The translations under genes were made by a program, and so were the position numbers. From NCBI RefSeq assembly GCF_964204645.1, contig NC_134030.1:14818110-14882109 (forward strand): a DNA stretch of 64,000 nucleotides. The letters run 5' to 3'. Numbering within the stretch: position 1 is the first letter of the stretch; each line of letters begins with the position of its first letter. Source of the stretch: Tubulanus polymorphus. Its lineage: Eukaryota; Animalia; Nemertea. The notes below the pieces were generated by a model, which worked only from the letters and a program-made list of their open reading frames with translations, searched no databases and was not told the origin of the DNA. This document shows, one piece after another, positions 22,604-35,208 of this stretch.

Positions 22604-25600
22604 GTGGACAGAATGTTAAATCCTGAGCAACAAAAAGCAGTAGACCTTATTGCAGCAGGTCATTCTATTTGTATTTTGGGTCAAGCAGGTTCTGGAAAAA
22701 GTTTTTGTATACGTAAAGCCGTGACGAAATTGAAAAAACAGTCAAAGAAAGTTGCAGTTTGTGCAACTACTGGTATTGCTTGTTGTCAATTGACAGACCT
22801 TGATGCAGTCACTATACATAGCTGGTCAGGTATCTTAGATGGACGTTTTTCTAAATCTGAGATGAAGAAGAGGCTCATGACAGACGCCCAACTTATCGAT
22901 GTTAAAAATTACATTTCATCAACAGATATTTTGTTCATTTACGAAATTTCAATGCTCAGCGCATATATTTTTGAACTCATCGAGTTCACTTGTCGTACAG
23001 TGCGAGGTTCATCACAGTGGTTTGGTGGTATGCAAGTAGTAGTGAGCGGTGATTTTTTTCAATTACCACCAGTACCAAATCTGGAATACGAAGATGATGG
23101 CCATTATTGCTTTGAAAGTAGTATATTTAATTTTAGTCATGTGATGATTTTGAGTAAGGTTGTTCGTCAAGCTGATGAAGAGTTTATTAATATCATCAAT
23201 GAGGTAACTCGTGGTATTACATCGAAGGAAAGTAATTCCTTTTTAGCAAGTTTAACGCGTCCTTTACCAGAAAATCTAACTGTAACTCATCTATTTGCAA
23301 ACAATTTTAATGTAGAAGTTACAAACCAAATGGAGTTAAGTAAACTTGCCGGTATTGGGAAAATATATGTAGCTACTAGTGAGGAAGGGACATCTGATTC
23401 CCTTAACTCTTTGCCAGCAGTTCATAAGTTACACTTGAAGATCGGTGCGCCAGTTATTTTGATAAGAAATATCAACAAATTTCTTGTCAATGGTTTACAA
23501 GGCTATGTAAAGAGTATGCACCCAGATTTTGTAACAATATTTTTTCCGTCTGTCCATAAAACTGTTGACATCAAACCAGCGGTGTTTTCTGTATTTTCAA
23601 AAAGAAAGCGTGTAAATATTTGCAAGCGATCGCAACTGCCTTTGCGTCTAGCATTTTCATTGACGATACATCGTTGCCAAGGTATGACTTTAGAAGCAGT
23701 TTCTGTTGATTGTCGCAACATACGAACAGCTGGTCAGTTTGGTGTAGCAATCAGTCGTGTAAGAACACCAGATAATCTGCGTGTCCTACATTACGAGCCC
23801 AAAATATGCATCAAACCCCCATCAAGCGTTATAGTTTTTTATGAGGAGCACATAATGGCTTCTGCAGATTTTGTTCATGATCTGTCGTGCTGTGTTTTTG
23901 GTGAAGGTATATGCCCTATTGATGCAATTAGCTTTGATTCGGAATGTCAGTCAGATGAAGATAGTCAATTCGACGAATCCGATTTGCGAGCTATAGATTA
24001 TTTTTTATCAGGTCAAACTGATTGTTTCGATAGCAGTCGATCCTCAACTTACCCTTCTACAATCGACCCTTGTCATGTTGTAAAACAATTGAAATTTTCG
24101 GACGCAGTTGTTGATAATCAGATCGACCAAAATAGAGTTCTCGATGATATCTCATCGTCTATCGATTTGAATCTTTACATCTCACATATCTGGTCGAAAT
24201 TGGATTACTTATATGAGTTACATGTATCTTCAACCATGATCCAGCAACCAAAAAACCAGGTGCAATACATATCAGCATTTCATTCATTTGTGACTAGTCA
24301 AGAATTCCTGACTTACTCCGAGCAATTGTTGAAGCGAAAACCCTTAACTCCGATTGAGATTAAAGTGTGTTCAAGAATCTGTTTCAAACTATTATCCAAG
24401 TATCTGGAATTTCGTACTTCAAGCATAGATAGAATTGTGATTGTAAATAGTTCAGCAACTGTTGAGTCTAGTGCCCACGGAAAAGTTCGTTACGTGGGTG
24501 GTTATTGTATTTTTTCCGTTTCTCGCTATTTCCAAAAACTCGTCCGTTTTCATTTAGCAAAGTTGGACGAATGTTTTTATGTAGCAAAGTTGAAATTTGA
24601 TTTGTTACAATCACTCAGAGTCGCTCAGGCTATGCTTGAAGAGAGTGTTTATCAAGAAACACTTGTTGAAACTTTGCGTCGGCAAAATTCGTTTGAAGGT
24701 CTAACGAATATATCAGATAAAGCTTTCGAATTTTTCCTCGAACTGGAGAAACTTCGTATTCGATATCATAATGTAAATAATCAGGCATATGAGACTCTGT
24801 TGGAAGATGCTCTCAATTATGTTGTGAGGGACTCTGGTATCAAGGCGAAGTGGTTTAGTTTGTTTGAGATAACTAGTCATATTCCTGAAGTTACGGAATC
24901 ATCTGGAATTCGTGATTTGGTCGATAAACTTTTTCTTATTTCCACTGCAATTTTAGATATTTTTCGAGATGTCTGTGTGAAGTATATGAAAGTTGGGAAT
25001 GCTCAATTCCGTAAAGATCTGTTACAGTATATCGGCCAAAAAAAGACTCAAGCCCATAGACGTCAAATTCTTATAAGAAAAGAGAAGCAATCGCAGCAGC
25101 AGTCCGGTATTATTACTATGACTACTATCAGAAATAATCCCACTACCATACATTCAATCATTCAGTATGCATTATCTAATCAATCATTTAAATTTGATGG
25201 TTTCTGCAAAGCTGACCTAATGATATTATGTCGCTGCTACGGTATAAAATCAGTTTCTAAACTGAATAAGGTTGGCCTTGTAAACGCGCTGTTGGAAACC
25301 CTGTGTGAACTAGAATCCATGCCGAACCCCGAATTTCTCGTCCAACGTAGTATCTCTAGCAGCAAGGTGGTATTACAGCAACAGCAACACAGCATTGTTG
25401 CTGTTGCTGCTGATACTGCTGCTGATGGTATTGAAGGTGCTTCTAGTTCGAAGGATTCTTCGGGATCAGAACAGAGAGGTCTATTAGCTCTGCCCATTGC
25501 AACATCTGCAGACTGCCATAGCTCTATAAAGACTTCTTCAGGGAAGCGAAGTGTTCGTAGTGGAACGCGGGGTAAATCCGTGACCCGGAAAAAACCAAAA

Positions 25601-25810
25601 ACAGAACCTGTTTATACGTGCCCTATCTGTAAATTGGAATGGTCACTTTCTAGAGAGTTCAGTGATTACTGGCTGGAATGTGGAAACTGTTTGAAATGGA
25701 TAGATCCTAAATGTACTGGCCTTATTGTAGGCAGCCCTGAATGGTTACATATTACATCCGATCCTAACATTGAATGGCATTGTCAGTTATGTAAACCATC
25801 GACTTCATAG
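22604..25810 (+). CDS. pif1: Pif1-family (SF1B) helicase with C-terminal helical region, SAP-like motif and PHD finger (likely ATG at 22613)
   Basis: GQAGSGKS, ATTGIA..TIHSW, YEISM (variant Walker B), GDFFQLPPV, VRQ, LVNG, QLPLRLAFSLTIHRCQGMTL, QFGVAISRV; KADLMILCRCYGI..NKVGLV; CPIC...WLECGNCLKWIDPKC...WHCQLC. It is transposon cargo, not shown to be the host orthologue. Confidence 0.88.
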   Translation: MDRMLNPEQQKAVDLIAAGHSICILGQAGSGKSFCIRKAVTKLKKQSKKVAVCATTGIACCQLTDLDAVTIHSWSGILDGRFSKSEMKKRLMTDAQLIDVKNYISSTDILFIYEISMLSAYIFELIEFTCRTVRGSSQWFGGMQVVVSGDFFQLPPVPNLEYEDDGHYCFESSIFNFSHVMILSKVVRQADEEFINIINEVTRGITSKESNSFLASLTRPLPENLTVTHLFANNFNVEVTNQMELSKLAGIGKIYVATSEEGTSDSLNSLPAVHKLHLKIGAPVILIRNINKFLVNGLQGYVKSMHPDFVTIFFPSVHKTVDIKPAVFSVFSKRKRVNICKRSQLPLRLAFSLTIHRCQGMTLEAVSVDCRNIRTAGQFGVAISRVRTPDNLRVLHYEPKICIKPPSSVIVFYEEHIMASADFVHDLSCCVFGEGICPIDAISFDSECQSDEDSQFDESDLRAIDYFLSGQTDCFDSSRSSTYPSTIDPCHVVKQLKFSDAVVDNQIDQNRVLDDISSSIDLNLYISHIWSKLDYLYELHVSSTMIQQPKNQVQYISAFHSFVTSQEFLTYSEQLLKRKPLTPIEIKVCSRICFKLLSKYLEFRTSSIDRIVIVNSSATVESSAHGKVRYVGGYCIFSVSRYFQKLVRFHLAKLDECFYVAKLKFDLLQSLRVAQAMLEESVYQETLVETLRRQNSFEGLTNISDKAFEFFLELEKLRIRYHNVNNQAYETLLEDALNYVVRDSGIKAKWFSLFEITSHIPEVTESSGIRDLVDKLFLISTAILDIFRDVCVKYMKVGNAQFRKDLLQYIGQKKTQAHRRQILIRKEKQSQQQSGIITMTTIRNNPTTIHSIIQYALSNQSFKFDGFCKADLMILCRCYGIKSVSKLNKVGLVNALLETLCELESMPNPEFLVQRSISSSKVVLQQQQHSIVAVAADTAADGIEGASSSKDSSGSEQRGLLALPIATSADCHSSIKTSSGKRSVRSGTRGKSVTRKKPKTEPVYTCPICKLEWSLSREFSDYWLECGNCLKWIDPKCTGLIVGSPEWLHITSDPNIEWHCQLCKPSTS

Positions 25811-26149
25811 ATAGAAATTCATTTTTGAGTCCATGGTTGAATTTCATAAGACTTGGCTCTAAGCCAGTTTTATTGTACACAAATACTAGTGTTGCATAGC
25901 AACACTGAATGTATTGATTTTATCTCAGTGCAAATGTAAGACATTATTGGACAGCTGTTGGTGCAAGGGGGGCTTTGCACAAGATCATATAAGATCATTG
26001 ATGATATCAGTGTATGAAAAAAAACAGATCAAACAGTTCTCTACCACAAACACTGGTATCATCAATGATCCTCTGTCATCTTGTGACAGGCCCCAGGTGC
26101 TGGTTGCATAGTCACGGTATAGATACCCGACAAGTAAGACTTAGTTCTA

Positions 26150-26323
26150 GGGGATCATTTATTTATTACGTACGCATAAAATATGAATTTTTTAACCCAA
26201 GGCCCTCCCCTCCGCCATGCAAAATCGGCTATTTTTTCATATACATTAAGCATTACAGTGACATGCAAATTTGCACTTACCCCTTCCCCTCCCCTAATGC
26301 GTACGTAATAAATGAATTAACCC
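26150..26323. mobile_element. About 170-bp MITE (GGGG-ATCATT..TTACGTACGCA TIRs; Zator/Harbinger-like). Further copies at 27389-27605, 32099-32252, 32719-32887, 33190-33350 and 34251-34410
   Basis: Repeated about 25-bp TIRs with a shared interior, often flanked by TA/TAA-like sequence. The superfamily is uncertain. Confidence 0.7.
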
Positions 26324-26386
26324 TATAGCCAATCTACTTAAGACCACTTATGCACTTTTGGGTTTAAGCCATGACTGCAACTGGCT

Positions 26387-26575
26387 CCTCGTACGATTAA
26401 TATTTATATTTACACTGAACCTCATTCGTACGACTAATTATCTGAACCTCATTCATACGACTAATAATCTGAACCTCATTCGTACGATTAATATTTATAT
26501 TTACACTGAACCTCATTCGTACGGCTAATAATCTGAACCTCATTCGTACGACTAATATTTATATTTACACTGAAC
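26387..26575. repeat. Short tandem repeat (TGAACCTCATTCGTACGACTAAT with variable spacer)
   Basis: About 5-6 units between the convergent Pif1 and transposase stop codons. Confidence 0.8.
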
Positions 26576-26590
26576 TACAGTCACTAGATC

Positions 26591-29500
26591 TTAAATTCTG
26601 CATCCAACACGCCTAGGATTCAATGCTGAATCTTTTCGAACGATAGGGTAATCAGTGCCCGCTGCATCAGCATTCGCTTTTCTTGAAATGCACGGATTAC
26701 ACAGGATGATTGATGTGGTAGACGCACAATACTGACCATAGTTTGGGTTATCGTTTGCGCCATTAAACTTTGCTCTTTGTTGGCAAAACCAATTTTCCGC
26801 TACGTCACTATTTATTATATTGTGGTTTATAAACCCACCAGCCTCTGTTTCTAGACGACAAATATCAATGAATCCGAGACAGCAGCTGTCCAAATCGTAG
26901 CGCGTTTGTTGTGACATAACATTGGTCTTGATGGATTTTGCCTTGCGCGGTTTTATTTCTGCTGATTCCCATTTTTTTAAAAATGCATGGGCTTCCAACA
27001 TTTTACACAATCTGTTGTCGGATGTACTCCTAATCGGACGTGGATCGCGAAATAATGATACCAGTTTGCTGGTAGCGTTAAGAAATTCGATGGTGCCCAA
27101 CAATTTCTCGCTTTCAATCTGATCGAGGGTTTTTTGGAACATCTGCAATGCAAGAAGTAGTTTTATTAAAGTGGGAATAAACTTGATCAAATTTTTTTGA
27201 TGTGTCATTCACAAACGGATCTATTTGAAAATGTAAAGATCAGTTTATAATGACATCAACAAAATATGAGTTTTTCCCATGATAAGCGATCATTCACTTA
27301 ATAAACACACATAAAATTTGAATTTTCCCACGACGCAAATTCAGAAATTTTGTACTATTGTTTGAGCATTATACACAATTGCACTGAAGGGGTCATAAAT
27401 TTATTACGTACGCATTAGGGGAGGGGAGGGGAGGGAAGGGGAGGGTAAGTGCAATTGTGTATTATTGCTTTAAGTACAGAAAAAATGGCAGATTTTGCGT
27501 TGCTGGGAGTTAATATTTTATGCGTGCTTGATGTGACAGATCCTTAGCCCCTTCCCTCCCCTCCCCTCCCCTCCCCTAATGCGTACGTATTAAAGTAATG
27601 ACCCCTAATGAGATGTTGCATCAAAGTTGGTTGAAGAATTTCATGTATCATTGTCATCATATTTTTTGGATTTTATTCTATGTACATGAATCACAAAATA
27701 AGAAGCATGGCGCCTTACTCCGGTTCCTGAACTTCGCTGAAAAAGCTGAAACACTGAAACGCTGAATCGCTGAAATAAAAACGCTGAAATTTCAGGGAAT
27801 TTCCGAAAAACGCCGAAATTTCAGGGAATTCCCGAAAAACGCTGAAATCGTGCTAGGTACCGACAATACACGTTTTGAAATAATATCCGGGCCGGTATCC
27901 GCTGCCGAGTCCTGAACCGTCTTTTAGTCTCCACCTTCGGTTACAGAGACATGCATGGGCAGTATGTGTGGAGTATACTTCTAGAGGGCCACTTGTTGAA
28001 CAAATTAATTCGCTTGAAATCCGGATTTTTAATGCATACAGGCAGCATGATGAGGAAAACCCTTTCACAAACCGTGCAAGCCAACTTAAACACTATGCTC
28101 AATATTCCAAGAACATGGTTTACTTCTATCGTTCATGTATAAAACAGGATTATAAGCAACTTTTCTTTTGTCAACACGTTGATGGGCGACGGACTATGGT
28201 ATTCTCTGAAGGAGGTAAATTAAATTTGACAGCTAGTTATATAAATGATGCAGCTTTTGGACAAAAGGGATCTAACTAAATGTCTTTTTAATTCACCGTG
28301 GAATGGAATGGATTGACGCCAATGACATGCAGTAGGCCCCTACTTATAGGTCATACTAATTAGCGTCAACCAATTAATCTAAATCGGGCAAACCATTCAA
28401 CAACTGTAATTTATTTGCTGTGTTGTGATAATAATAGGTTTTTTTTTTTTTAATGACATACCAACTGTTAGAAAAATGTACCGATTCTTATTTTTAGACT
28501 ACTACGGTATCTATAAAAGGAGGAGTCATAGATAAAGTTGATTTGCTCAGCTGGACACACTTCTTGTCAAGTACATCATCTCAAGTATTGGGTGTTTTGT
28601 AAGTTTGATTTCAGTATTTATTTACTAAGTGCTGTTCCCTCGGGCCTCAGTGCTTTCAAACTAGGCCCACCCCATAGGCTATATCTCCAGAGTGTGTTAG
28701 CCACTATTCTTTTATTTCCTACTTTAAATGCACTTTTTTCTATTTTTAGACTCGGGCTAAGAATGTGCAAATTTGAGATACTGAGAAATCAGATGGCACT
28801 AGTTAACTTGAACTGCGAAATTTGCAGCAGGATAGCTGAACGACACAATTTTTAAAAACAAAATGGCTATTCGAATGCTATTTCAGTGATAACTTGATTC
28901 AACCAGAGAGAAATAAGTCAATTGGGGATGTACAGTACACCCACTTTACTTCCCCGTTTTCCTGGTACCAAATATTTTATCTTAAGCTAAGCAATATTCT
29001 AAGGTATGCTAGTGAATTTCATTAGAATATAAAGCAATGGAACCAGAATTCAAGCCCGAGTTAAGCGAACTATTGATTCTGATATAATGTAAGAACTGAT
29101 TTCTTTTGTGTATTCTTATAATGTGTTAAGTATTATTTTAAGCTGTTAAATAATATAATTAGACAAACGTCAAATTATTGGATCTTTCTTGTTGACTCGT
29201 TTAATTTTGTGAGTTTAGAGTTCCAGTCAATCCACATTGTGCAGTGCCTAGCCTTCATCTAGTACTAAAGCCAAGCCTGTGTATGGGAAAACGTTGTTCG
29301 ACTCTCATAAGCCAGACAAATAAAAACTTGCAATACATTGCAGATAGAAGTCTCCAGCAAGTAGACAGAGAAAGTAAACCAGGTTTTACCCCGTACCCTA
29401 CCCGGCATCTTCACCTGTCAAGGGATTCGAACCCACTACACTAAAGCTGTTCTCCGAACCGCTTGACCTCGAGTCGTTACTAGCCGACCAGAATCAGGTC

Positions 29501-32500
29501 GGGCCAATCACAGCGCTTGTTACAAACGACATTTGGCATCTATGGAATTTCCCGGTAAATGGACCAATCAGCGAACACGTAGCGAAAACGGAAGTATTGT
29601 CGCGTGTTGATATATGACGTCATTCGCAAAAACGCCGGTAATGAAATCGCGCGTCGTGAGGCCAGGGGGCAGGTGGAAGCGAGTTTGGGAGCGATACTGG
29701 TCTCCTGGCAAGCGAGGATGCCTACCCGGGAACGAAAGACACTCCAAGACTCCTTCCTTGAAGAGATTGTAGAAATATGGCACCCAATCGTAGTAATGCT
29801 AAGTACAGTATACTATGACGGTTGAACCTTTATTCACACCAAAATAGAATCAAAGTAGTCATAAGTTCCATGATAGCACTTAATTTGGGTTATCAGGTTC
29901 AGCCTTACTAGCTGTACTTTCATTCAGCTACTACTTTTGTATGAGACTTGGCAATGATAAGTTGGAAGAAATCACCAAATATAAGAAAAAATATTGAGAA
30001 TTAATATTACTGTAATTAAGAATTTATTCAAATGAAGTGATAATTTCATTGTTAGATCGTACCGGTATATGCGCATAAAACAAAAAACACATCTAACAAT
30101 CCACGCAATCCGCAATCGATCAAGTCGAACATGACGACGACCTCAAGGCATGTCTCTGTAACCGAAGGTAGAGTCTAAAAGACGGTTCAGGACTCGGCAG
30201 CGGACACCGGCCCGGAAAGAATTTCAAAACGTGTATTGTCGGTACCTAGCACGATTTCAGCGTTTTTCGGGAATTCCCTGAAATTTCGGCGTTTTTCGGA
30301 AATTCCCTGAAATTTCAGCGTTTTTATTTCAGCGTTTCAGCTTTTCAGTGTTTCAGCTTTTTCAGCGAAGTTCAGGAACCGGCCTTACTCGGACATGGCC
30401 AACTTGGACAAAAAAAGAAATTTTCCAATTCCTTACTCGGACTTCGCTTACCTCGAACTAAATTTGCCAATCCCAGTTTGTGCGTGTTAGACAAGGTTTT
30501 ACTGTACATTGTATGTATTTTTCCATGATGATGATCCATGAAATTATACGGCCAAGATTACCAGTACTCACTTTCATCAGATGTAACATATCGGAATCCA
30601 GAACTTGTTCCGCAAGGTAGTTCCTCATTTTTTCATTTTGATCTGGATTGATGTGTTTTTCTGTCAGTTTTCGGTGGATCCGTAGGGAATTGTTGTTAGT
30701 ATCCCACTCATGGGCTGCTGCCCAGTGTTTCCATAGTATATCTCGATTGCCGACGTTCAGAAGTCTAGTGTGGAATTTTTGATGACCACTTTTCAGAACA
30801 TTGTTGCGGATCTTTTTAAACAGATGCTAGGATAGATAAATAACACCGTTATTAGTACTTGAAATCCCCTCAGGTGAGAGAGCAGTGAAAACTGGTAAGT
30901 ACCCTAGTAAATAACTTGTTTCATTTATCCAGATAAAAGTTAATTTGTTTTGTTTTTTCTTTAATTTACAGCTCTTACCGATGGGTCCATTAGAAGAGGA
31001 AGTGGCTTATGTCCGAAAGGATTTAAAGTCGTAAACTTTCCCTCGATAGGGAGCATCATTTTCATCAATGTGCGATTACATTGCGCTCCATCCATACACA
31101 TGTATGTCACCTGAAAAGTTACCATACAGCTTTTCAATATTTTTATACATTTACCGGGTGATATTTTAGGATGTATTATAATCTACCTCGAAACCCCAAT
31201 TCCCTAGTTCGCAAATCATTTCAGATAAGATCATATAGAGTTCAGCAGCACTAGCTTGATCAGTTGGATAACTAGCAATTGGAAATCGGAAGCCAGTGTT
31301 TCCCATGAATGTGAGCTGCAGGACGTGGTTTGCAATTTTAGGCTCGTACTTTCCTACAATGGTAAAAAACTATATTTTACAGAATATGGTGGTGGATTGG
31401 ACACGCAGCAGTTGGTGTGTTTGAGGATTTAAGCAGAAGAAATTTTAATGGGAAACATTTCAGGGAATTACCTGCCAGGAGCGCCCTTAAATGATTTCCA
31501 GCATCGCCCATATCAACGAACCCTTGAAGTATAGCGCGGCCATTTTTGTAAGTAATTTGTAGGTCTTCCTATTTAAAAAAAATGAAATGTAAACAAGTGG
31601 TATCATTTTTAACCCATTAGCACTCAGGAATTGCACTATGTTCTGTCTATAACTCCTCAGAAAATTCAAGGGAAAATCCAAATTCATCACGATACAGAAT
31701 AGCTCATTATGACATTGATTGAATATTCCTGTGGTATTTCTTTTGATAGATTTTGTCTATTCAATATTTTTGTCAATGTTTCATTTTAGGCGTGGATCTT
31801 GATTCAGTACCTGTATTGACATTTCATCGAAGATGAGACCGCCACGTTTTGCTTCATCCGGTAGACGTAATCGTTCGCTTTCTTGAGAAAGCCCCATCAA
31901 CAGAACGGTGTTGTATCCAGTGCCATGGCTAACTTGGCTTTTATAATAATGTAACAGCCGTCCGGATGGCAGTCGGAACATGCTACTTGCTTTCATGTCG
32001 GCAAACGCTTTAGGCGACTGACACCAAAGTCTGAGACAAAACGCGATAAGTCTGAAATGTAAACAAGATTGATTGTAAATAGAAATAAGTTTCGCTTTGG
32101 GATCATTCATTTATTACGTAAACATAAAATTTGACTTTTTCAACCCCCTCTGTACACAAATCGGCCATTTTTTCATGTATATTTAGCATTGCAGTACGCA
32201 ATTGCACTTACCCCTCCCCCTCCTCTAGTGCGTACGTAATAAATGAATGACCACTATTGCAGCTATCAATCTTGATCTATGTAGTCCCACAGTAGTCGAT
32301 TAAAGTCATACTTAAAACATTGACAAAATTAGTTTCAAACTGTTTTAAGAATCTAATTTGACCGGCTACTGCGGCACTGCACCGATTTTGTCTACGCACT
32401 GTACCTTAGACAGTCAAATAGATTACAAAATCAGATCGTCTAGGCATATATAAAAAATGATTGTCTAAGGTACAGGCAGCAGATTGGTACCTGCATATAT

Positions 32501-35208
32501 GCTATCCTTGCTTGCCAGGGTTTAATTGCCTGCTGATCAAGATCATGCCCACACTAACTGTGGCCGCAGATCATTCATCAGTCTATTACACAGTCCAAGA
32601 TTTCTTAGGGAGACAAATTGCCGCTGAGCGGCCACCAGTCTATATACTTAGTCAGTCGAATGCATCCTGCAACTGACGTTTATGGCAAACTGGCTTCTGA
32701 TTTCAAATTGCTAATTTAGGGTTAATTCATTTATTACGTACGCATTAGGGGAGGGGAAGGGGTAAGTGCAAATTTGCATGTCACTGTAATGCTCAATGTA
32801 TATGTAAAAATAGCCGATTTTGCATACATGGGGGGGTGGGGTTGAAAAATTCAAATTTTATGCGTACGTAATAAATGAATGATCCCCAACTAATCAAGCT
32901 AGTGCGGAACTTTATATGATCTTATGAGAGGGATAATTTGCAAACTATCAAATTGGCACAATACAAACAATGTATCTGATTGGCTAGATATATAGACTTG
33001 TGGTAGTCAAGTGGCAACTTTTCCGCTCAAGAAATCGGTGCCATGTAAAAGATTTATGAAGGAACTATGGCCACGGTTAATGTTGGCATGAATGAGCTTT
33101 GGCGGGAGGTAATCAAACCCTGGCAAGTGAGGATTTTTAGGTCATTATTGAGAAAGGATACTAATTTTTTAAAGCCCACTTAGGGCTAGGGGTCATTCAT
33201 TATTACGTACACATTAGGGGAGGGGGAGGGGTCAGTGCAATTGCGTACTGTAATGCTTAATTTATATGAATCAATGGCCGATTTTGCGTACAGAGGGGGA
33301 AGGGGGTTGAAGAATGTAAATTGTATGCGTACGTAATAAATGAATGATCTCTAGCGGTTGAATGAACTTACTTCGGGTGCCATTTCATCTGTCTCTTGTC
33401 TTGGCATGATAAACTGTCATTTTGGACACGTAAGAACAATTTCAGTGCTTCATTGTCAGGAACTTTTTCCAAATAGTCGTCCAGCAACTTGATCAGGTCA
33501 TCGCTATCTTTTTCGCTTAATTCCAGTAAGTCTTTTTTTAAGCATTTTGAGTGTTCGTAGTATTTACAATATTTACACGTTGAACATTTTGTTCCGACGT
33601 CCGAATGAATTATGCGACAATTAATTGATCTTAATCTGGTTTTATCAATCATGCTTTTATAAGAAGTGTCAGTCGATGTACATTTTTTACAAGAAGGTAG
33701 AAATCCATTACAAATTTTCAAAAGTTTTATTTGATTTAAAATCAAATCTAACGAATTTTCAGTGTCAACCTGATCATTGATTTTGAACTCTATTAGATTG
33801 ATAGTCCGATGCAAAACCGTCAAAGTTACTTTGAAATCCGACTGAATGTTGATTTCTTTGCAGACTTTGGCTGCATTCGTTGAATTTCCGCAACAAAAAG
33901 TTCCGATTTTCATATTGGTGACATTTTTCTCGAAGAGAAAATATCCATCAGGGAGCTCCACTGATTGCATTCGAAAATCACGTTTCTCATTTATCAAAAG
34001 CGATGGCGATTGTGTCTGCATCGTCAGACCAAGAAGATATTTGTACCTTTTTCCATTTTCTCTTAAACGCGCGATTTTAACTTGAGGATAAAGTTCCTTG
34101 ACTTTTTTCGTTAACTTTACTGATGAACATGGAATTAGTTTTAAAATATCTTCGTATTTCAACTTCAAAAAATTGCTTTCTTTACAATTTTTCAGCAACC
34201 CGTAAATTGTAAATACAGAGAAATGGGAAAATGCACAACTATGTATAAATGGGTTCATCATTTATTACGTATGTGTGAGAGCATATTTTGTTACCACAAT
34301 CAATTGCAAAGTTGTAGCTCATAGTGAATATTGAATTTGTAAGATTGTTGAGCATTTCAACCCCTTTCCAAGTGACCCCTAGTTTACATAATGATAAATG
34401 AATGATCCCCAACTGATCAAGCTAGTGCAGCGGAACTTTATATGATCTTTTGCGTGCGAAATAAATGAATGAACCCAAATCATACGCCTACTTGGTTCCA
34501 CAGTTGTGAGATTGACTGAATTGATTGAATGGATATTCATATTTTCGAACAACAATGGAATCCGAGTCGTGTATTATTTGAACCTGCAATAATTTTAAAA
34601 GTATTCGTGCAGGAAAGGAAACCAGCTGAGATAAAACCTGGTATAACAATACGCCCTCACTTGCCAGGGTTAGATTACCTGCTGATGAAGATCATGTGAA
34701 CAGAAACGTGGCAAACACTGGTTTTCGATTTCGAATTGCTAGTTATCCAACTGATAAAACTAATTGGAAATTGGCTCGATGCCTGGTGGCTGCAAAGCGC
34801 TAACTTTTCCTTACAACTTAGGCCGTATAGTGGATTAATGAATGAACTGCAGCCACGGTTTGTGTTGGCATGAGCTTTAACAGCAGCAGGTGATCAAATC
34901 CTGGTAAGTGAGGATGTGGCATTGTTCTTATTGTCACTGGCTTTATAGAATTTATAATTAGTTTTTATTTTAGCTCTGATGCATATGAAAATGTTACCAT
35001 TCCAGGGGCAGGGTTAACAAATTTATAGAGTAATCTTTTTCAATTCTTGAATCTTTTCCAACTGATTTCGATTTAAGTTTAGCCCTCAATTTGTAAAACC
35101 TGAGCCCCAGGCATAGGTCTATTTAATCATCAGACAGGTGGATGCGAAATCTTACCATTTCACGATTTGTGAATCACTAATGCAATTGCTGTTCTCCTTA
35201 TTGTCCAT
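26591..35208 (-). CDS. P-element/THAP9-family transposase, multi-exon
   Basis: Phase-compatible GT-AG exons at about 33372-34199, 31811-32051, 31472-31568, 31187-31353, 30979-31110, 30572-30826 and 26591-27142, with a tentative first coding exon at about 35156-35208. Motifs LRLWCQSPKAF..LPSGRLL, IFDEMSIQ, GFVDMG, CMDGAQCN, DPSHLFKKIRNN, KMRNYLAEQV and SDVAENWFCQQR..NDNP. Confidence 0.88.
27721..30381. mobile_element. Non-autonomous long-TIR element (Mutator/Foldback-like) in the last transposase intron
   Basis: About 235-bp TIRs (27721-27955 and 30148-30381) containing short CGCTGAAA repeats. 9-bp TSD GCCTTACTC at 27712-27720 and 30382-30390. Confidence 0.85.

Noticed and set aside
22604-25810. 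Helitron RepHel or the host PIF1 gene
   Set aside because: There are no HUH Rep motifs or Helitron ends around it. It is intronless and enclosed by P-element TIRs and TSD.
27968-29825. Coding capacity inside the long-TIR element
   Set aside because: Only short ORFs without recognisable motifs; no transposase.
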